Position numbers and translations under genes: made by a program. The notes beneath the pieces were generated by a model, which searched no databases, was not told the DNA's origin, and saw only the letters and a list, made by a program, of their open reading frames with translations. From the NCBI GenBank assembly GCA_910576975.1, contig CAJTJY010000013.1:10523-74522 (forward strand): 64,000 bases of DNA. The letters run 5' to 3'. Below, in pieces: positions 10,861-19,784 of the stretch. The first letter of the stretch is position 1; each line of letters opens with the position of its first letter. The stretch comes from an uncultured Lachnospiraceae bacterium. GTDB taxonomy: Bacteria; Bacillota; Clostridia; Lachnospirales; Lachnospiraceae.

Positions 10861-10891
10861 TTGACTATTTTCAGAAATATGGTATTATACT
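10861..10891 (+). promoter_or_regulatory. Sigma-A promoter of the toxIN operon
   Basis: TTGACT at 10861-10866 and extended TG-N-TATTAT at 10880-10888. Confidence 0.7.
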
Positions 10892-10893
10892 AT

Positions 10894-10959
10894 CAGTGGT
10901 GAGTCCTACCGCAAAGTGGACTGCTAAAAGCGTTAGCAACTCTAATGGAGTTACTACAC
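10894..10959 (+). ncRNA. toxI: Putative type III antitoxin RNA (ToxI-like) with two predicted H-type pseudoknots
   Basis: Lies between promoter and terminator upstream of toxN; PK1 GUGGU/ACCGC plus AGUCC/GGACU; PK2 CGUUAG/CUAAUG plus AACU/AGUU. Confidence 0.65.
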
Positions 10960-10991
10960 AAATGGCTATGTGGAAACGCATAGCCATTTTT
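10960..10991 (+). terminator. Intrinsic terminator between antitoxin RNA and toxN
   Basis: AAATGGCTATGTG-GAAA-CGCATAGCCATTTTT. Confidence 0.85.
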
Positions 10992-11004
10992 AACGAGGAG
11001 ATAT

Positions 11005-11541
11005 ATGCAGACAGATTTTAAATTATACAAGGTGGATATGAAATATATCCGTAATCTACATAATATAGATGATAAAGTGTTTTCTGTTTCGCCACAGGCA
11101 GGAAAAGATAACAGGGTTTTCATCGGGATTGTTGTTATTTGTGGCGTTCACAAATATTGCATACCACTTTCATCGCCAAAGGAAAAACATAAGAACATGA
11201 AAAATTCTATGGACTTTTCCAAAATTGAAGTAAATGGAAAATTATTAGGTGTTCTAAATTTTAATCTGATGATACCTATTGAAGAAGAGCAATTACAACT
11301 TGTTGATACCACCATTTTTAAGAGAGATAGGGAAAATATCAGATATTATAAGAAGTTATGTACTTTGGAACTGGAATGGTGTCAGACGAATAATGAGGTA
11401 ATCTGCAATAAAGCCAATGTCCTGTATAAGAAATACCTATCCAATGAGTCATTTGCAGGCAGGAATCGCTGCCTGAATTTTCCCAAATTAGAGGCAGAGT
11501 GTGAAAAATATAATTTAAAGATCAAGAAAGGCACAAACTGA
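11005..11541 (+). CDS. toxN: Type III toxin-antitoxin toxin, ToxN/AbiQ family endoribonuclease
   Basis: LY.VD.KYI..L...D.KV, R.FIGIV, YCIPLSSPK.KH, LGVLNFNLMIP motifs; promoter-RNA-terminator leader. Confidence 0.92.
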   Translation: MQTDFKLYKVDMKYIRNLHNIDDKVFSVSPQAGKDNRVFIGIVVICGVHKYCIPLSSPKEKHKNMKNSMDFSKIEVNGKLLGVLNFNLMIPIEEEQLQLVDTTIFKRDRENIRYYKKLCTLELEWCQTNNEVICNKANVLYKKYLSNESFAGRNRCLNFPKLEAECEKYNLKIKKGTN

Positions 11542-11638
11542 ACCTCTTTTGATACACATTACCACAGTTCCAGTGAATCTGGGAAAAAATTTTAGAAACA
11601 ACACATTTCTATTGATAGGGGAGGATGGAAAAGTTATT

Positions 11639-12373
11639 ATGTTAGTAAATCAAAATAAAGATACTTATGACAGAGAAACAGATGAATATATTGTTGCGTA
11701 TATTGACCTTTTAGGTGTTACAAATAAGATTAAATCAAAGGATAGCCAATTGGCAATGAACAAACTACATAATCTTTATACATTTTCGGTAAAATTAACA
11801 CGAAATGTTCAAATTGAGGAAAATCAGGACATACAATTCAAAATCTTTTCGGATAATATTATAATAGCTAAAAAATTGTCAAATCAGATACCCCAACGTT
11901 CTCAAGAGATTCGAAGCCTTCTAATGTGTGCTGGACACTTCCAAGAACTTTCTGCTAGCGATAGTGTGGGGTGGCTTTTACGTGGAGGCATTTCTATAGG
12001 ACAATTATTTATAGATGATGTAATGGTTTGGGGTGAGGCACTTTTGAAATCATATTATTTAGAAGATAAAGTTGCAAATTATCCAAGAATAATTATTGAT
12101 AAAGATATTGTGAACGAAATTATTCAAAACAATGTACTATGCGAATATTTAAGAAAAGATTTTGATGATTTATATTTTTTAAACTTTCTGAATGATTGTC
12201 ATTTTTGTGGCGAAATGTTAATGAATGGATTTCAAATCATGCAAGAAGAAGCTGGTATAAAAATAGATGAGAAATTGTATCAAAAATTTAGTTGGCATAT
12301 GAATTTTGTAAATGCTGAATTAGATAGAAAAAATGAAAAGAAAGATAGAAAGTTTCGCTTATCAATGCTTTAA
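11639..12373 (+). CDS. Class III nucleotide-cyclase-fold protein of unknown activity
   Basis: GGAGG RBS, ATG 11639; AYIDLLG, FSD, LRGGISIG, VWGEALLKSYYLE, YPRIIID align by eye to the cyclase core. Confidence 0.7.
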   Translation: MLVNQNKDTYDRETDEYIVAYIDLLGVTNKIKSKDSQLAMNKLHNLYTFSVKLTRNVQIEENQDIQFKIFSDNIIIAKKLSNQIPQRSQEIRSLLMCAGHFQELSASDSVGWLLRGGISIGQLFIDDVMVWGEALLKSYYLEDKVANYPRIIIDKDIVNEIIQNNVLCEYLRKDFDDLYFLNFLNDCHFCGEMLMNGFQIMQEEAGIKIDEKLYQKFSWHMNFVNAELDRKNEKKDRKFRLSML

Positions 12374-12432
12374 TACAATTATATGCGAATAGCTTATCAA
12401 ACATATGTTAGCATGGATGAATAAGATACAAT

Positions 12433-12492
12433 TTTAAAAAGGAAAATCTTAAAGGAAAAAGTCGGAAACACTTTAAGATTTTCCTTTTTAAA
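12433..12492. terminator. Perfect 22 bp inverted repeat between convergent genes, probable bidirectional terminator
   Basis: TTTAAAAAGGAAAATCTTAAAG-N16-CTTTAAGATTTTCCTTTTTAAA. Confidence 0.7.
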
Positions 12493-12493
12493 T

Positions 12494-12733
12494 TTACAAA
12501 AATTCCAATGAATCTTCTGCATCCACCCACATCTGCATATTTCCCTCAAGATACAATCTTGCGTATTCAAGAGGTTCGTCTATTGCCAGAGCATTTAAGG
12601 CGCATTCGGGGCAGGGAGTAGTTTTCAATCCTTCTTCCGCCTTGTTGCAGTCTATCCGTAAAAAGTAACCTGAATAGGTATATACGTCAATGCTGTTATG
12701 GTGGATATTGTATGTTGCATAGATAATATTCAT
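12494..12733 (-). CDS. DUF6061-like small protein
   Basis: LRIDC..AE.GL.TT....ALNALAID.PLEYARLYL.G.MQ.W pattern recalled from Lachnospiraceae integrative elements. Confidence 0.65.
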   Translation of the reverse strand: MNIIYATYNIHHNSIDVYTYSGYFLRIDCNKAEEGLKTTPCPECALNALAIDEPLEYARLYLEGNMQMWVDAEDSLEFL

Positions 12734-13023
12734 TTTTTATCATTCCTCTTTTCATTGAATTATTGAAAGCATTTCAATCAGTTTGCCAATTCCCATATAT
12801 TTTGTGTTATAATGTTTTATGTGATTTTGTTTCCCTTATTTTTTCACTTATCAGGGTTCGTAATGCCCTATGGAAAGATATAACACAAGGGAAACTTTAA
12901 GGGAAAGCCCACCTGCGATAAACTTAGTATTTTCAAGGGGTAGCCGAGATTTTAATAACAAAATATAACAGCTAATATTTCCCTTAAAGCATCAAATCAC
13001 AATCGGAATTTGGAGATGAAAAC

Positions 13024-14100
13024 ATGGTACGAAAAAAGAAGAAAGCAATCTTTAGGATTTTCATGGGCGCAGGAATTGCTTTGTTGATTATTATAATCAC
13101 AGTGCTGATGTTGTTTTGGAAGGAGCTTCGCTCTCTTATGTCATTGCGAAAGATCGATGATTATGGAATGTATCAAATGACCTATTATGGCGATTATGGC
13201 TTTGATGCGTTTCTAAAAGTTGGCGCAAGCGATGATGCAGATATCGAGGCTTTTGTAACAAAGCGTCTGTTGAAAGGATTGCCAATCGATTTGGGGGTTA
13301 CAGGGGATGGATGTACTGCTTTTGCCGTGCGAAACCATGATGGCGACATTCTGTTTGCAAGGAATTTTGATTTTACCTATGCCCCGTCCTTACAGCTCTA
13401 CACTGCCCCTGATAATGGCTATGCCTCGGTTTCCACAGTCAATCTTGCTTTTGCGGGATATTCAGAGGACAATTTGCCTGAAGGTTCTCTCGTTGATTCT
13501 TTCTTAGCCTTGGCTGCGCCATTTCTTCCTTTTGACGGAATGAATGAGAGAGGTCTTGCAATTGCCCTGCTTGCAGTTCCAGAGGCGCAAGCGCCTTATC
13601 GTGCTGATAAAATAACGCTCAATACCACCACTGCAATTCGCCTCGTGCTTGATAAGGCGGCTACCATAGAAGAAGCGATTGCATTGTTAAAGCAATACAA
13701 TATCTATTTTTCAGGGGATATCAAATGCCATTATTTGATTGCCGATGCCAGCGGACATTCTGTAATCGTGGAATATGTCAATCAGAAACTTTGTGTTGTT
13801 GAAACAGAGAAAGAATATCAAGTCGCTTCGAATTTCATTGCCTATCAAGGATTAAATATTGGGGAAGGCTTTACAGAATTTGAACGCTATGAGAAAGTGC
13901 AAGACGAGATTGAAGCAAATCAAGGCATGCTTGAGGAGCATCAGGCAATTCAGTTGCTAGCTGATGTCGGCGTGTTTGACGGTGATACGGACAAACTGCA
14001 ATGGAGCGTTCTTTATAATCTCACAACCGGCGCTGGAGAGATTTTTGCAAATCGCAAAGCAGATCACACGGTAGAATTTCACTTGAATACAGATAGGTAA
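13024..14100 (+). CDS. Membrane-anchored Ntn hydrolase (linear amide C-N hydrolase / choloylglycine hydrolase family)
   Basis: N-terminal TM; G/CTAF nucleophile site, FARNFD, DGMNERGL, HYLIADASG. Confidence 0.85.
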   Translation: MVRKKKKAIFRIFMGAGIALLIIIITVLMLFWKELRSLMSLRKIDDYGMYQMTYYGDYGFDAFLKVGASDDADIEAFVTKRLLKGLPIDLGVTGDGCTAFAVRNHDGDILFARNFDFTYAPSLQLYTAPDNGYASVSTVNLAFAGYSEDNLPEGSLVDSFLALAAPFLPFDGMNERGLAIALLAVPEAQAPYRADKITLNTTTAIRLVLDKAATIEEAIALLKQYNIYFSGDIKCHYLIADASGHSVIVEYVNQKLCVVETEKEYQVASNFIAYQGLNIGEGFTEFERYEKVQDEIEANQGMLEEHQAIQLLADVGVFDGDTDKLQWSVLYNLTTGAGEIFANRKADHTVEFHLNTDR

Positions 14101-14326
14101 TCAGGTGAAAAAGAGTTTGAGTTATTTCGTTTTGCCATCATAGATTTTTGATCAAGTAAATACTTTCGTGCAACAGCCTCATAATGACAGAAAAGATTTA
14201 AAAACTTCCGTATTAATCACTTGACACCCAAGTATTACTATCGTACTATCTATAATAGTGTTTAAAAGAGAGATGGAAACTATTAAAAAATGTTGCTATT
14301 TCGGATCGAAAGGATGATCGCCATAG

Positions 14327-15673
14327 ATGAAATATATTAGAAAGATTAGAAAAATTATATTGGCGTGCTGCGCTGCGTGTTTCGTAGTGGGAATACAGCC
14401 TATGTGCCTTATGGCTGTTGAGAATGACAATCACCCGTCAGAGTTGCCTGTTTGGGGGGATGGTCTTTCTATTACAGGTGAATCGGGCATTGTAATGGAG
14501 GCGTCTACAGGAATTGTTCTCTATGAGAAAAATATCAATGACGTCCATTATCCGGCAAGCATTACAAAAATTATGACAGCGCTGTTAGCGATAGAAAACT
14601 GTGAAATGGACGAAATTGTAACCATTCCGCATGAGGCTGTTTATATGGAAGATAAAGGGACGCATATTGCATTAGACGAAGGTGAGCAACTGACGGTGGA
14701 GCAATGCCTTTATGCAGTCCTGTTGGCATCGGCAAATGATGCTGCGTATGCATTGGCGGAGCACGTGGGCGGTACTTATGAAAACTTTATTCGCATGATG
14801 AATCAAAAGGCGAAAGAAATAGGCTGCCAAAATACTAATTTTACAAATCCACACGGGCTTCCAGATGAAAGCCATGTAACCAGTGCGTATGATATGGCGT
14901 TGATCACCAAAGCGGCTTTAGAATACGATATGTTTCAGACAATTTCTGGAACTTCTTATTATGAGATTCCTCCCACGGAACATCAAAAAGATTTAATCCC
15001 CATGTATAATCATCACAAAATGATCGGAAAAACAGAGTTTCAAAATGAGGAAGTTTTTGCTGGAAAGAATGGTTATACAAATGCCGCAGCGCATACCTTG
15101 GTTACTTGTGCCAAAAGGGATGACATGGTTCTTATTTGCGTAGTTATGAAAGAACAGAGAGAGTCTTTATATCAAGATACATTAGAGTTATTGAATGATA
15201 GTTTCGATCGTTTTACAAAAGTAAAAATTAGTGAGGATAAAGCCTATTTTGAAGAAATGTTAAAAAAAGAAGATCCGATCTTTGAAAATTGCGTGATTTC
15301 GAAACTGGATACAGATCAAGCATATGTAATGGTGCCCAAAGGGTTAAACAGTTCCGATTTGAACATAAAACTTGACTATCAAGAGCCAGAAACGGTTACG
15401 GCTCAATATTTTTATGAAGATCATTTGGCTGGACAAGTTGATTTTATAGTAGAGAATGTTCAAGAAGAAAGTGATCAACTGGAACATACAGTCAAAGAGC
15501 CGTTAAGCGAGGAAAAAAAGAGTGGAGGAAGTTCTTTTAACTGGAAGCTTTTCCTTTTTATAACTTTAATTGGGGTTCTTGTCATGGGAGTTTTAATCAA
15601 GGTTTTATTAGACTGCTACCATAGCCGGAATAGGAAAATCAGATTGGGAAGCAAATCAAAAAGGAAAGAGTGA
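14327..15673 (+). CDS. D-alanyl-D-alanine carboxypeptidase (peptidase S11)
   Basis: PASITKIMT (SxxK), SAND (SxN), FTNPHGL, KNG in place of KTG, C-terminal TM. Confidence 0.9.
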   Translation: MKYIRKIRKIILACCAACFVVGIQPMCLMAVENDNHPSELPVWGDGLSITGESGIVMEASTGIVLYEKNINDVHYPASITKIMTALLAIENCEMDEIVTIPHEAVYMEDKGTHIALDEGEQLTVEQCLYAVLLASANDAAYALAEHVGGTYENFIRMMNQKAKEIGCQNTNFTNPHGLPDESHVTSAYDMALITKAALEYDMFQTISGTSYYEIPPTEHQKDLIPMYNHHKMIGKTEFQNEEVFAGKNGYTNAAAHTLVTCAKRDDMVLICVVMKEQRESLYQDTLELLNDSFDRFTKVKISEDKAYFEEMLKKEDPIFENCVISKLDTDQAYVMVPKGLNSSDLNIKLDYQEPETVTAQYFYEDHLAGQVDFIVENVQEESDQLEHTVKEPLSEEKKSGGSSFNWKLFLFITLIGVLVMGVLIKVLLDCYHSRNRKIRLGSKSKRKE

Positions 15674-15677
15674 AAGA

Positions 15678-16658
15678 ATGAAAAAGGGCAACAATTATTT
15701 TAAACTGGCATCTTTGCTATTCGCATGTGCCTTAACGCTGACGGGTTGTGGGGATCGTCGCAGTAGCGAAGAAAAGATTTTTGAAGAAAGAATAGAAGAA
15801 CCAGAAGAAGAAAACGAAGAATTAAATGGACAATCCGTTGAGACAGAGACAGAAGATTCTGCAAAAGCTCTCCCGGCGGAACCTGAGATTGTTGAAACAG
15901 ATTGGTCAGAGTACTTTAACGGCTTGCATGGAGCCGCAGTCGTATATGATGTAACTGACAGACAATATACAATCTATAATGGCGACCTTGCCTTGACCAG
16001 AAGGTCGCCATGTTCCACTTTTAAGATTATTTCTTCTCTGATTGCTTTAGAAAATGGAATTTTAGAGCCGGAAGATTCCATACGGACGTGGAGCGGTGAA
16101 TCATTCTGGAATGAGGATTGGAATAGAGATCTTGATTTTAGCGAAGCATTTCGTACGTCCTGTGTATGGTATTATAGACAGGTCATAGATGATATTGGAA
16201 AGGATATGATGCAAAAGGAATTGCAAAAATTGCAGTATGGCAACTGTGATATTTCTGATTGGGAGGGTGGCTCGAATACAAATAATAATAACCGGGCATT
16301 AACAGGTTTTTGGATTGAATCGTCATTAATGATCTCTCCGAAAGAACAGGTGGAGGTAATGGAGCGTATTTTTGGCGATGATTCAGATTATTCACAAGAA
16401 ACACGAGATCAATTGAAACAAGTGATGCAGGTATCGCAACAAGAGCAGACGGAGATTTCTATATTTGGGAAGACAGGAATGGGCAAAGCTGAGGGCATTG
16501 TTGTTGACGCGTGGCTTACTGGATTTGCAGAAAGTCCAAAAGGGAACATATATTATTGTGTCTATCTTGGAAGAACAGACGGCATGGAGGTATCTAGTTC
16601 TAGGGCAAAGGAAATTGCAATCCAAATCGTGTCTGATTATTATGCGTTGTCACTGTAA
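15678..16658 (+). CDS. Class D beta-lactamase / BlaR1-sensor-like penicillin-binding lipoprotein
   Basis: Lipobox LTGC; PCSTFK (SxxK), SCVWYY (SxV), YGN, FW, ISP.EQ, KTG. Confidence 0.85.
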   Translation: MKKGNNYFKLASLLFACALTLTGCGDRRSSEEKIFEERIEEPEEENEELNGQSVETETEDSAKALPAEPEIVETDWSEYFNGLHGAAVVYDVTDRQYTIYNGDLALTRRSPCSTFKIISSLIALENGILEPEDSIRTWSGESFWNEDWNRDLDFSEAFRTSCVWYYRQVIDDIGKDMMQKELQKLQYGNCDISDWEGGSNTNNNNRALTGFWIESSLMISPKEQVEVMERIFGDDSDYSQETRDQLKQVMQVSQQEQTEISIFGKTGMGKAEGIVVDAWLTGFAESPKGNIYYCVYLGRTDGMEVSSSRAKEIAIQIVSDYYALSL

Positions 16659-16667
16659 TCAATTTGC

Positions 16668-16823
16668 ACCACGCATTTTCTTTGACTTCGATATCTTCAA
16701 AAGCGTGTCCATATGATGGTATTTACTTCTGGAGTCACAATAAATGCACCCGTGAGAGCATCCGCGATATAAATTCATTCCATTTTTAGCAGACAATATT
16801 TCTTTCGCTTTCACGAAGTGCAT
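16668..16823 (-). pseudogene. 5' fragment of a radical SAM gene (SPL-like), frameshifted and truncated
   Basis: GGAGG RBS; MHFVKAK then frameshift to ILSAKNGMNLYRGCSHGCIYCDSRS (CxxxCxxC), later FEDIEVKENA. Confidence 0.8.
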
Positions 16824-16929
16824 CGTGTGTCCTCCTTATATCTTGACGCAATTTTTCCTATGTGTTTTGAATTGTTTCATTGTCTGGTGATAATGACTTG
16901 TGGTAACTCTGGCAAAATAAGAGCCCAAA

Positions 16930-17196
16930 TTACGCTGTTTTCCACCGTTTGAGCGTGGGAAAAAATTTTTTCATCATCGTGCGGGCTTCGTTTTCTGTCA
17001 TCTCAGAATGAGCCTCGACCATATGGGGAATGCAAAATTCAATCATTTCCTCCATTGTGCAATCGCTCGTAAAAGCGCCATTTTCAAAACAATACTTGCA
17101 GTAGTCCTCGTTTTTGCTTCCATCCTTGTTTTTTCCATGCATTTCATCGGCATTGCCGATTGGCATGCCACAGCATTGACAAAATTTTTCGTTCAT
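16930..17196 (-). CDS. Zinc-ribbon domain protein
   Basis: GGAGG RBS; FCQCCGMP...YCKYCF..G.FT...FPTLKRW. Confidence 0.9.
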   Translation of the reverse strand: MNEKFCQCCGMPIGNADEMHGKNKDGSKNEDYCKYCFENGAFTSDCTMEEMIEFCIPHMVEAHSEMTENEARTMMKKFFPTLKRWKTA

Positions 17197-17256
17197 TTTC
17201 AATCCTCCTGAATATAAAATTTGTTTGGTTACAAGAATATCATAGCACGCAAAAAC

Positions 17257-17271
17257 TGACACCCTATGTCA
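17257..17271. promoter_or_regulatory. Palindromic operator, likely for the adjacent WYL regulator
   Basis: TGACA-CCCTA-TGTCA; second copy at 18312-18326. Confidence 0.7.
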
Positions 17272-17308
17272 AGTTTTATAATTTCTTGGGCATACCAATA
17301 TGACCATG

Positions 17309-18271
17309 CTACAAGGTATATTTTTCATAAATTTTCTTTGCTTGTCGTGCCATAATGTCTTTGAGACATGCAGGCTCTATAATGTCTACTTGTGCTGCGA
17401 ATGATAATAGATACCCTGTGAGCCATTCGTCATCTGGCATTTCAGCAGATACGATTAAATCCCCGTTTTCTTTTTTGCTTATTTGTGTTTGATCAAATTC
17501 ATCATAAACACGATAAGACATATGCTTTGGAAAACGCAATACGATGGTACGGCAGACCGGACTTGGTGTTTCATTTGATTCTGGAAATGAACGTTTGCAA
17601 AAACTGTCTCTGAGAACTTCTAAATCTATGATGCGGGTTAGTTTAAAGATCCGAAAATCTTGCTTTTCCTCGCAATATGCTTTTAAGTACCATGACGTAG
17701 ACTTGAAGGACAATTTTAATGGTTCGATAATCCTTTCGTTTACTATTCCGTAGGAATTTGCATAGGTTATCTTGACGCATGTTTGATGAATGATTGCTGC
17801 TTTTAGTAATTCAAATTTCTTATTGTCAGTTCCCTTGTTTCCCCATCTGGAAAAATCCACTTCAAGCCAATTTTCCGCACTCATATGAAATATTGCAGAA
17901 AGTTTTTGCAATGTTTGGCGGCTGCTAATAGATTTCTTGGAATTTGCAGCTTGTGATGCCTCAGATGGCATGCCCTCTAGATCATGGTCATAATGGGATG
18001 CCCCAGGGGGTATGCTTTGTAAGGCTGTAAGAATTTCCTGCTTTTCTTCTTCTGACAATACGACACTGTCTAAAACAAAGCCATTCATCAAATGAATGCC
18101 GCCGTTTCGCCCTGCTTCTGTGTAAACAGGAATGCCTGCGCCGCTTAGAGCGTCAATATCTCTGTAAATCGTCCTTACAGATACTTCGAATTTTTCTGCT
18201 AATTCTGGAGCAGTAGCCTGTCCTTTGTCGAGTAGGTGATACATAATCTTAAATAATCTGCTTTCCTGCAT
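17309..18271 (-). CDS. YafY-family HTH-WYL transcriptional regulator
   Basis: TAPELAEKFEVSVRTIYRDIDALS; WYLKAYC...DFRIFKLTRI; start moved to MQESRLF. Confidence 0.93.
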   Translation of the reverse strand: MQESRLFKIMYHLLDKGQATAPELAEKFEVSVRTIYRDIDALSGAGIPVYTEAGRNGGIHLMNGFVLDSVVLSEEEKQEILTALQSIPPGASHYDHDLEGMPSEASQAANSKKSISSRQTLQKLSAIFHMSAENWLEVDFSRWGNKGTDNKKFELLKAAIIHQTCVKITYANSYGIVNERIIEPLKLSFKSTSWYLKAYCEEKQDFRIFKLTRIIDLEVLRDSFCKRSFPESNETPSPVCRTIVLRFPKHMSYRVYDEFDQTQISKKENGDLIVSAEMPDDEWLTGYLLSFAAQVDIIEPACLKDIMARQAKKIYEKYTL

Positions 18272-18311
18272 TGCCAGTCCCTCCTCTGAGAATAGAGCGC
18301 CATCAAAATCC

Positions 18312-18326
18312 TGACATGATATGTCA
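18312..18326. promoter_or_regulatory. Palindromic operator upstream of the WYL gene
   Basis: TGACA-TGATA-TGTCA. Confidence 0.7.
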
Positions 18327-18446
18327 ACCTTTATTATAATTATTTTTGTATCAATTATCAACTAAGGAAGCGTAAATGGATGTTTTTTTGAACTTTTGCC
18401 TCAAAATTCTATTCATGTCTCGTGAAAGGGTCGCAGGGCTATAATG

Positions 18447-18500
18447 GGGCTGTCGCACTAAGATATTCGCTTGTTCAAAAGGTCTTGCCGCTGATGCGAC
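18447..18500. repeat. Partial copy of the palindromic repeat family seen at 53038-53215
   Basis: GGGCTGTCGCACTAAGATATTCGCTTGTTCAAAAGGTCTTGCCGCTGATGCG closely matches the reverse complement of 53164-53215. Confidence 0.85.
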
Positions 18501-18605
18501 CCCCCCCTTTTGCTCTGTCTTTGGAGTGAATTTTTGACAGAAATGCAAAAACGCAAAAGTTACATATTATAGTAAAAACTAATTCTATCATAAAGGAAAA
18601 ATGAC

Positions 18606-19556
18606 ATGATAAAACGATGTGTTCCATTGGAAGCCGCTGCAGAAGCCGTCTGCAATCAAAGCTCTGTGCCCCCGTTGATTTTTCAGTTGCCGCCCAAGCA
18701 AGGCAGAAGAGTGTTGGAGGAGGCGCAGGATACGCCAGTATATAAATATCCCGCCGATATATCCTCGGTTTGCATCAATACTGGCAAGTGGGGCAGTATT
18801 CCAGTATACTTCATTATGCCCAAAGGTAAAAGGATCAAAGATATTATATTCTATATTCATGGAGCAGGCTGGGTGTTCGGCAGCTTTCATACACATGAAA
18901 AGTTAGTCAGAGAGCTTTCGGCAAGGACGAATTCATTGGTAATATTCCCAGAATACAGCCGGGCGCCAGAAGCAAAATATCCGACTGCGATCGAACAGTG
19001 CTACTTTATCCTTTCGCACATTAAGGAAGTCATCGGGGATTGTTTTTCGTTGGTCAACGATACTACGCTCACGGTAGCGGGCGACAGCGTTGGCGGTAAT
19101 ATGGCGATCGCCATGGTTCTGATGTCAGCGATGCGGCATGGTCCGTGCATTCACAAGCTGCTCTTATATTACCCAGTAACCAACGCCTGTTTTGACACGC
19201 CAAGTTACCGCCAATTCGCAGTGGACTATTATCTGTATCGGGAAGGAATGAAATGGTTCTGGCGGCAATATACAGATTCTATGGAAGATAGAAGCCAAAT
19301 AACAGCATCCCCTCTTCGGGCGGGCATAGATTGTCTGAAATGCTTTCCGCAGACAATGATTATAAATGGTCAGGCGGATGTTTTACGCAGCGAAGGAGAA
19401 GCCTTTGGCGAAAAGCTTCGATCTGCAGGCGTAAAAGTAACAGCTTTGCGGGTGCAGGGGACGATTCATGACTTTGTGATGCTCCATGCGCTGGATCAGA
19501 CGAATGCCTGCCGCACGGCGATGGATGCGTCAACTGCATGGGTGAACCGTCCTTAA
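18606..19556 (+). CDS. Alpha/beta hydrolase, HSL-family esterase
   Basis: HGAGW, GDSVGG, D.LR.EG, HDF motifs. Confidence 0.9.
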   Translation: MIKRCVPLEAAAEAVCNQSSVPPLIFQLPPKQGRRVLEEAQDTPVYKYPADISSVCINTGKWGSIPVYFIMPKGKRIKDIIFYIHGAGWVFGSFHTHEKLVRELSARTNSLVIFPEYSRAPEAKYPTAIEQCYFILSHIKEVIGDCFSLVNDTTLTVAGDSVGGNMAIAMVLMSAMRHGPCIHKLLLYYPVTNACFDTPSYRQFAVDYYLYREGMKWFWRQYTDSMEDRSQITASPLRAGIDCLKCFPQTMIINGQADVLRSEGEAFGEKLRSAGVKVTALRVQGTIHDFVMLHALDQTNACRTAMDASTAWVNRP

Positions 19557-19784
19557 TTCAAAACGGATATCGTCGTATCCTTGAGGATGCCAGGGTACGG
19601 CGATATCGGCTTGCTTCTAGTAAGAAATTTCATAAGTTGATGGATTGATGCAATAAATACTATTTTAGAACGCAGATGGTTGTTGACAAGCAGGAATTGT
19701 AACTTTTATAATAATTAAGAACGGTCGAATATGTTAATTTGGATATTCTGTATATCAGCTATGTGAGTAGGAGGTAAGATTGAA

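Larger units (their letters stand above)
9852..13020. mobile_element. Degenerate integrative element (tyrosine-integrase type) bounded by att-like direct repeats
   Basis: AATCRGRATTTGGAGATGAA at 9852-9871 and 13001-13020 (18/20 identical, 13 bp exact); clustered TTTCCCTT/AAGGGAAA motifs at both ends; integrase stump; AT-rich cargo. Confidence 0.75.
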
